Positions 54,941-61,100 of a stretch of DNA of 64,000 nt are shown here, in pieces. Numbering within the stretch: position 1 is the stretch's first letter; every line of letters starts with the position of its first letter. Location of the stretch: the NCBI GenBank assembly GCA_045655005.1, contig JAZOOJ010000019.1:5416-69415 (forward strand), read 5' to 3'. The notes below the pieces were generated by a model. The model worked only from the letters and a program-made list of their open reading frames with translations, did no database searches and had not been told where the DNA came from. The translations under genes were made by a program, and so were the position numbers. This DNA is from Clostridia bacterium. Lineage in GTDB: Bacteria > Bacillota > Clostridia > Christensenellales > UBA1242.

Positions 54941-56773
54941 ATGGCGTTGGTATTAAATGAAGAAATGAAAGAGTGGTTAAAACCCAGGATTTCTAAAATT
55001 GCTGGTCAAATAATAACCGAGGTTGATGGTGGAGATATTAACGAAAAGTCATTTTCGCAATATAAATTTCGCTGGACGATGGACAGTTTGAAAAAATCAT
55101 TTTTTAAGCAATTTGGTGAAAGGCTTGAAAGCGAAGAAATTTTTGGGTTGTGCAAAAACTTTGTGTTAGATGAACTTAGAAGCAGGGGATTTGAAGAAGA
55201 TCGTGCACAAAATTTTGCAAGTCGTAATTTTGATATGTCTTTCAGAAGGCAGGTTGACATTGAGTCGTTAACGGTTGAGTTTGCAAGATATTTAAAGAAT
55301 GGCGGAAGTTTGAAGAATGTTTCGGCAAAGGAATTGCCAATGTATGAGCATTCTCGCTCTTTTGTAAGAAAAAGTGACGGGGAAAGTAATGATTTTGCAA
55401 GTACGGTTTTATTGGTAAAAGATTTTTACTTTAAAAATCCACAAATTTTTGAAAGTATGGGGCTTTCTGGATTGAAAGAAGAAGATTTTGTTTTTGTGCC
55501 AAAAGTTGAAAGGGTGGCGGTAAATATTCAAAATTTAACAAGTGAGGTTTGTGACTACATTCGTGCTGGTGGAAAACTTTATGGGGTGACTGCAAAATCC
55601 CTTCCGTTTTTTGAAAGGGCAAGGGGTTATCTTAGATTCCACACAGATGCAGAAGAACTTAATTTAGAACAAGCAATTGATGAGGTTAAAAACTATTATT
55701 TTTCAAACATTGCGCCAAGTGAAAGCGAAGAAGAAAGACTGACAGAGAACGACTTTTTATATATGTCGATGTTTGATTACGAGAAAGCAAAAACAAGGGA
55801 GTCAAGCATTGCAAAGATGTATGAATTGGCACTTTCAAGTGTAGACGAAATGGGTAACGTTGGCAAGGTAAGACATAATCCAGAGTGGAGTGCGTCATTG
55901 TCTGCTTTGGAGTGTGGGCTTACAAGTTTGGAGTTTGTTGCGTTAATGTTTCCGGCAGATAGCGGAATGCATATAAAAAAGGGAAGGGTGCATACTGAAA
56001 AATTCACTTTAATTGGTAAAGACTTAGATGCTTTCGTTCAAAAGTTTGGCGAAAAGAATTTGATTGTGAACATTAAGAAGCACGATACGGTCTTGTATCT
56101 AAGATTATGTAACCTGGCTACGCTTTTCCCAGAGGGGTCAATCAGTCTTGGGGAATTAATGGATTTTTATGGATACAAAGATGAGGCTTGTGATTGGACT
56201 TTTGGAAGTTCAATCGATGAAAGTGATGTTATTGAAGAATTGCGAATTGTCTATGCTGAAGCAGTTCAAAGATATTTGGAAAATGGCGGAAGTCTTGAAC
56301 ATTTTGATATGCGTGTAATAAATAAAATGATGGATTTGCGTGGACAAAAGGTTAATCTTTATCACAATTTATATAAACTTGCACTAAGAAAAGGTCTTGG
56401 GCTAAGTGACTATATCAACGGCAAAGAGATTTCTCTTTATGACGCAATTGAACAAGATAATGGTGAAATTGTTGCAAGGAAAAGACGTGTTAAGGGTGTG
56501 GAAATTCCGCCACTTAGTTACGAGATTGGGTTAGGAGAGAGCAAACACTCAAAAATTGTAACAATAAAAGGTAAAGAGTATACTAACTATTTAAGGCAAA
56601 AGTTGGAAAAATTAATGCAAGAAAGCGAGATAATGAACAACCCAGAGGCTCCAAAGGAAATGAAAATAAATGAAAGGTTCAGGCTCGCTGAAATTGTGAT
56701 TGAACAAGCGGTTGCAGAGTCTGGAAGCGAAGACGCTTTGGCTGGAATTGAGAATCCGAATGCCAGTTGGTAA
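54941..56773 (+). CDS. Hypothetical soluble protein with three copies of a Y(L/I)..GG(S/K)L module
   Basis: 610 aa, AGGAG RBS 7 nt upstream, no TM segment or signal peptide. The internal repeats are listed in the findings. I recognise no family. Confidence 0.75.
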   Translation: MALVLNEEMKEWLKPRISKIAGQIITEVDGGDINEKSFSQYKFRWTMDSLKKSFFKQFGERLESEEIFGLCKNFVLDELRSRGFEEDRAQNFASRNFDMSFRRQVDIESLTVEFARYLKNGGSLKNVSAKELPMYEHSRSFVRKSDGESNDFASTVLLVKDFYFKNPQIFESMGLSGLKEEDFVFVPKVERVAVNIQNLTSEVCDYIRAGGKLYGVTAKSLPFFERARGYLRFHTDAEELNLEQAIDEVKNYYFSNIAPSESEEERLTENDFLYMSMFDYEKAKTRESSIAKMYELALSSVDEMGNVGKVRHNPEWSASLSALECGLTSLEFVALMFPADSGMHIKKGRVHTEKFTLIGKDLDAFVQKFGEKNLIVNIKKHDTVLYLRLCNLATLFPEGSISLGELMDFYGYKDEACDWTFGSSIDESDVIEELRIVYAEAVQRYLENGGSLEHFDMRVINKMMDLRGQKVNLYHNLYKLALRKGLGLSDYINGKEISLYDAIEQDNGEIVARKRRVKGVEIPPLSYEIGLGESKHSKIVTIKGKEYTNYLRQKLEKLMQESEIMNNPEAPKEMKINERFRLAEIVIEQAVAESGSEDALAGIENPNASW

Positions 56774-56787
56774 ACAGCATAAACTAT

Positions 56788-56823
56788 GATAGGTAGAAAC
56801 AATATGTTTCTACCTATTTTTTT
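56788..56823 (+). terminator. rho-independent terminator
   Basis: Hairpin gataggtagaaac / gtttctacctat followed by TTTTTTT. Confidence 0.85.
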
Positions 56824-56912
56824 GATTCCGCAAGGTAAATTAAAAATTTACACAAATATTTTAAATGGGCTATTCAAAGTTGACTTTATTAATAATTAAT
56901 TTTATAATAGTA

Positions 56913-56941
56913 TTGATTTAGTTGACATAGTATGGTATAAT
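56913..56941 (+). promoter_or_regulatory. Extended -10 promoter of the hairpin-protein / giant-protein operon
   Basis: TTGATT (56913-56918), 17 nt spacer, TGgTATAAT with the -10 hexamer at 56936-56941. Confidence 0.6.
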
Positions 56942-56968
56942 ATTGGCAACTAAAAAATTGTGCAGTAA

Positions 56969-58105
56969 ATGAATTTTGATAGGGGGGATTTTATCAAAAT
57001 GACAGAGGCTGAAAAATATGTCAAGGCGATAGAGTTTCAGAGATTATATGTCGCCGTTGATACAGGTTTTGATGCATCAAAGAACGAAGAAGACAAAATT
57101 AAATTGGTTGCGGGAAAACTTGGAATAACCGAAGATGAGGGTAAAAAACTTGCCGATTTTATCAAAGACAAAGCTGGTGGATTAACAAATGAAAATGCAT
57201 TAATTCAAGCACGAGAAGATTATTGGAAAAATCTAAACCAAGAGGAAAGCGATGCTAAAACGCAACTTAAAGACAATATAGACAACCAAGTTGTTGAAAA
57301 AGCCGAACAAGAAGCTTTAAAGGCTGGTAAGGTCGCAAAGGTTGCAAAACGCAAAAGCAGAATTAACATAGTTTTTAAACTTGTATTGCTTGGATTAGTT
57401 ATTGGGGCACTTGCAGGGGGTTCACTTGCAATTATTTCGCCAATAATTAATGCCGTGGCACTTTTGCTTGGTGGACTAAGCGGTGCAACGCTTATGGGAC
57501 TTGGTTGTGGGGTTTGGCTTTACAGCGATAAGATAAAAAAATGGTGGGAAAATAAAGACAAGAAAAGAGGTCAAGGCAAGGACAGATATTTAGGAAATTA
57601 CTTCCAAGAAGAAGATGAAAAAGCTCAAAAAGAATTAAGCAAGAAAATTGCGGAGTGGAACAGTGAGAAGGGTAAAAGAACAGCCCTTCAAACAACATTT
57701 AATGACCGCCAGCAAAAAAGGCAAGACGCAGATAATGAGTTTAACAATCATCCGGCAAATAAAAATGCTAAGAATGCGGTGGATAATTTAATTCAAAGAA
57801 TGACAGCCGAGTGGCAGAATGTTCAAACGGCGGATCCAGGGTGGGCAAATTCATATGGCAAGGACTGGCTGAAATATGGAATTGCAAGACTTAAAAAGCA
57901 ACTTGCGATGGGAAATATCACAGACAGCAATTATGTGACGGATCTTCAACCATATGAAGACTTTTTTATCGGCTCGGGTGGGATTTTTGACCCAGCAAGT
58001 GCGATTCGTGCAGACTTTGATGCGGCAAACAGAGTATTGTCACCTGGAACAGACCACGGTAAGGACAAAGCGCCGAATGACCCAGATTTCTACGAGTTAA
58101 CTTAA
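56969..58105 (+). CDS. Hypothetical Gly/Ala-zipper membrane-hairpin protein, short paralogue of the giant protein's N-terminal region
   Basis: 378 aa from ATG 56969. A more likely start is ATG 56999, which has GGGGGGA 10 nt upstream. The layout is a soluble N-terminal region, a hydrophobic block LVLLGLVIGALAGGSLAIISPIINAVALLLGGLSGATLMGLGCGVWL (about 57362-57523), and then a helical charged region. Confidence 0.75.
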   Translation: MNFDRGDFIKMTEAEKYVKAIEFQRLYVAVDTGFDASKNEEDKIKLVAGKLGITEDEGKKLADFIKDKAGGLTNENALIQAREDYWKNLNQEESDAKTQLKDNIDNQVVEKAEQEALKAGKVAKVAKRKSRINIVFKLVLLGLVIGALAGGSLAIISPIINAVALLLGGLSGATLMGLGCGVWLYSDKIKKWWENKDKKRGQGKDRYLGNYFQEEDEKAQKELSKKIAEWNSEKGKRTALQTTFNDRQQKRQDADNEFNNHPANKNAKNAVDNLIQRMTAEWQNVQTADPGWANSYGKDWLKYGIARLKKQLAMGNITDSNYVTDLQPYEDFFIGSGGIFDPASAIRADFDAANRVLSPGTDHGKDKAPNDPDFYELT

Positions 58106-58146
58106 ACAAAACTTTGGTAAAAATATAAATTAAAGGAGATTTAATT

Positions 58147-61100
58147 ATGGCAACATATTATTTCGATGGAAATGTTGGTAGCTTAACTGAATTTAAAAGG
58201 CTTTATGACTTTTTACATCAATATAACCTGTATATGAAAGAACATCCAACAGCAACAATTAATGATGTTCGAAACAACCTTAGATATCCAGGACTTGGCA
58301 GTGCGTTGTACGGAGCAACAAAGGTTAATGATGAAATTGCAAACATCAAAAGATTGACTGGTGGGGTTATGCCAACTCTGGCTGACGAACAAGATTTTCT
58401 TGACCAATTTAAGACTTTTGCAGAAAACAAGAAAAATGCTGTTGAAACAGAGAGAACCGATGCAAATGAAGCATTTACAGACCCTTCGCGTGGCATTGGC
58501 GGGAAGTCGCTTGAAGATATTGAATTAGATGCGGAAGACGCTAAGACCGAACTTAGAGATTGCAGATGGGGAAGATCTGGCATTTGGGCTGGCATATTAA
58601 CTGCTGCCGTTCTTGTTGCAGGTGCTGTTTTACTTCCGGGTGCAGCGTTCCTTGCTGGTGGTGCTTTGGCTGTTCCAGCATTCGCAGGTAATGCAGTTGC
58701 ACTTGGTGCACTTGGTGGTGGTGGCTTTTTAGCACATAGAGCCAGCAAGAAACTTAATAAAAGAATTGAAGACGCAAAGAAAGCACGAAAACTTTATCGA
58801 AGACATGAAAAAAGAATCGATAATGCAAAAACAAGGCAAACGGACGCAGAAAACGATTTTAACAATTTTAATAGACACTTCCGTGGTTTTGAAACAGTTG
58901 ATTCGTTATACAATACAAAAGTAAATCAAGATATCGCTGATATTGGTGCAAGACTTCACGCGATAGAATCTACATTACAAACCGAACTAAACGGATGTGT
59001 CCCAGACAATTCAAGAATGGGTTATGCTGAGGCTGTAAGAGTGAGAGCACAAGCGCAGGCAGAATTGAGAAATGTACAAACCGCAATAACTAACTACAAT
59101 AATCTAAGAAGTTCATCAAGCCTTGATTTAACACTATATATGACTGAAATGACAAACGCAATAACTGCAGAAACAGCATTTAATGGTCATAACCTTACAC
59201 CAGCAGTATCTTTTTTAGATAGAGCAGAAGCACAGCAACGAGCGGTAATTACGGCAACTAATGCAGTTGAAGCAAAATTCAATGCAGAAAAGCCTGTGTT
59301 AAGTGGATTGACATTGGGTGGAATAGAAAGAAGTGAAGCAAGAGATGCTTTTAATGATTTAAAGGATGCTGTTGATTTCGTAGAAGGCGTTTTCGCCGGA
59401 TTTACAACAACTATGTCCAATGATGCAATTTTCAGAGATAATGCAACATTTAAAAGAGACTATGAGGACGAGGCAAAAGAAACTTACTTCCAATACAGAG
59501 TTACTTATTCACAAGCTTGGCAAAAATTTACTGAATCGGTTGCGGTTGCTGCAAGGATAAATAGTAATGTGGGATCGGCTAACGGGTTAACTACAGCCGA
59601 GAAGAATGATTATGACAGAGTTGCGAGGGACTTGGCTGGTTACAACACTCAAATTGCAACAATGAATACAGATGCAACCCGAAGAGACGAGTGCGAAAGG
59701 TATGTTGTTGGTGCAGAGATAAAAGCAGGATTGATTCGTGCCTATTCTGAATTACAGAAGGCAAGAGCTGCAGGTGATGTTACAAAAATTACAGATATTG
59801 AAGCAGAAATCGTTCATATTAAGGCATTAGAGACAGCATATGCAAATCCTGGTGCTGACATTGTAGCAATAAGAAACACTCTTGTAACATATATGGCAAC
59901 TATTGAAACATTACTCGCTGGTAGATTTGTTGTTTTGCCATCGGGCGAAAGAGTTCTTGAATCAAACTACGATAGCAGAATTGGTGAATTAGTTCGTGAC
60001 CTTGATCCGCTTGTTGAAAGATCAAAACAGCTAGGTGATGACATGGAGAATCGCAGAGGTGTTTATAGTGATAAAGTTCGTGAAAGAAGTATTGCGAAAA
60101 CCGATATAAGAAATACACTTGCGGATATCCAAGCATTAATAAATGCAAAACGTAGCATAGTCTCTTCGTATGATGAGTACAGAACCGAACGTGATGCTGC
60201 AAACATAGAATTAGCGACAGTCGATCCAGCAGAAAAAAAATATACAATAGACAGTGTGAATTATTACACCGAAATGGACTTTATTGCGTTAAGGTCAAGT
60301 AAAAGCACTGAACTGCTAAATAAAGCACGCGAAGAAGCTGCATCTTTTAATTCAATCCAAACAGAGTTCCCAAATGGTGCTCCTGACACGACTGATCCAG
60401 ATTATACAACCAAAATTTCAAGATACAATCAATTGGTGAATGAGAGAAACACAAAAGCTTCTGAACTTGCTACTCTAGCCACAGAATTGGAGACAATCAA
60501 TAATGCTTTTGGTTCAGCAAAAGACCCTGGGATTGATACTAGGGTGAGTGCTGCAAAAGCAAGAGCAACTAATCTTGTTCAAATACCTGGTGTTAAAGTA
60601 TTTAGAGAATCCGATATTAATGCTGAAATGCAAACAATAAGAGAGGCGTTGGTTGGACCACCTGGCAGTGTTGACGGAGTTTTAAAGCAAGCACAAGATT
60701 TGTATACTGATATGCAGACTGCAACTGGCACAGAATATACTGATAAATTGGCTGAAAGAAGAGATAAATTTATTGAAATGGGCAGGGGTATTAATATTCT
60801 TAATGCATTAGTTGCTGAGAAACAACGCATTGATTCGTCATACTCATACAGCGGAAGCGAAGAAGAAAAAGCAATTCAAGCTATGCAAGCCGAATATGCA
60901 AAAGGAATGCCAGCTGAAAAAACATCAGAACCAACGGTTAAAGTTGGCTCGGTTGAATATACACAAACACAACTTGAAGCAGAGATTCAAAAACAACTTG
61001 GTGAATTAGACGGAATAGTTGCTGATGCAAAAACATCAAGAACGGCTACATTGCCTACAAAAACCGACCCAGCAGAATACACTACTGAGTACAACAGACG

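Noticed and set aside
58218-58748. 176-aa Ala/Pro-rich ORF on the minus strand
   Set aside because: It is the antisense shadow of the GC-rich Gly/Ala hydrophobic block of the giant + strand ORF. It has low-complexity composition and no RBS.
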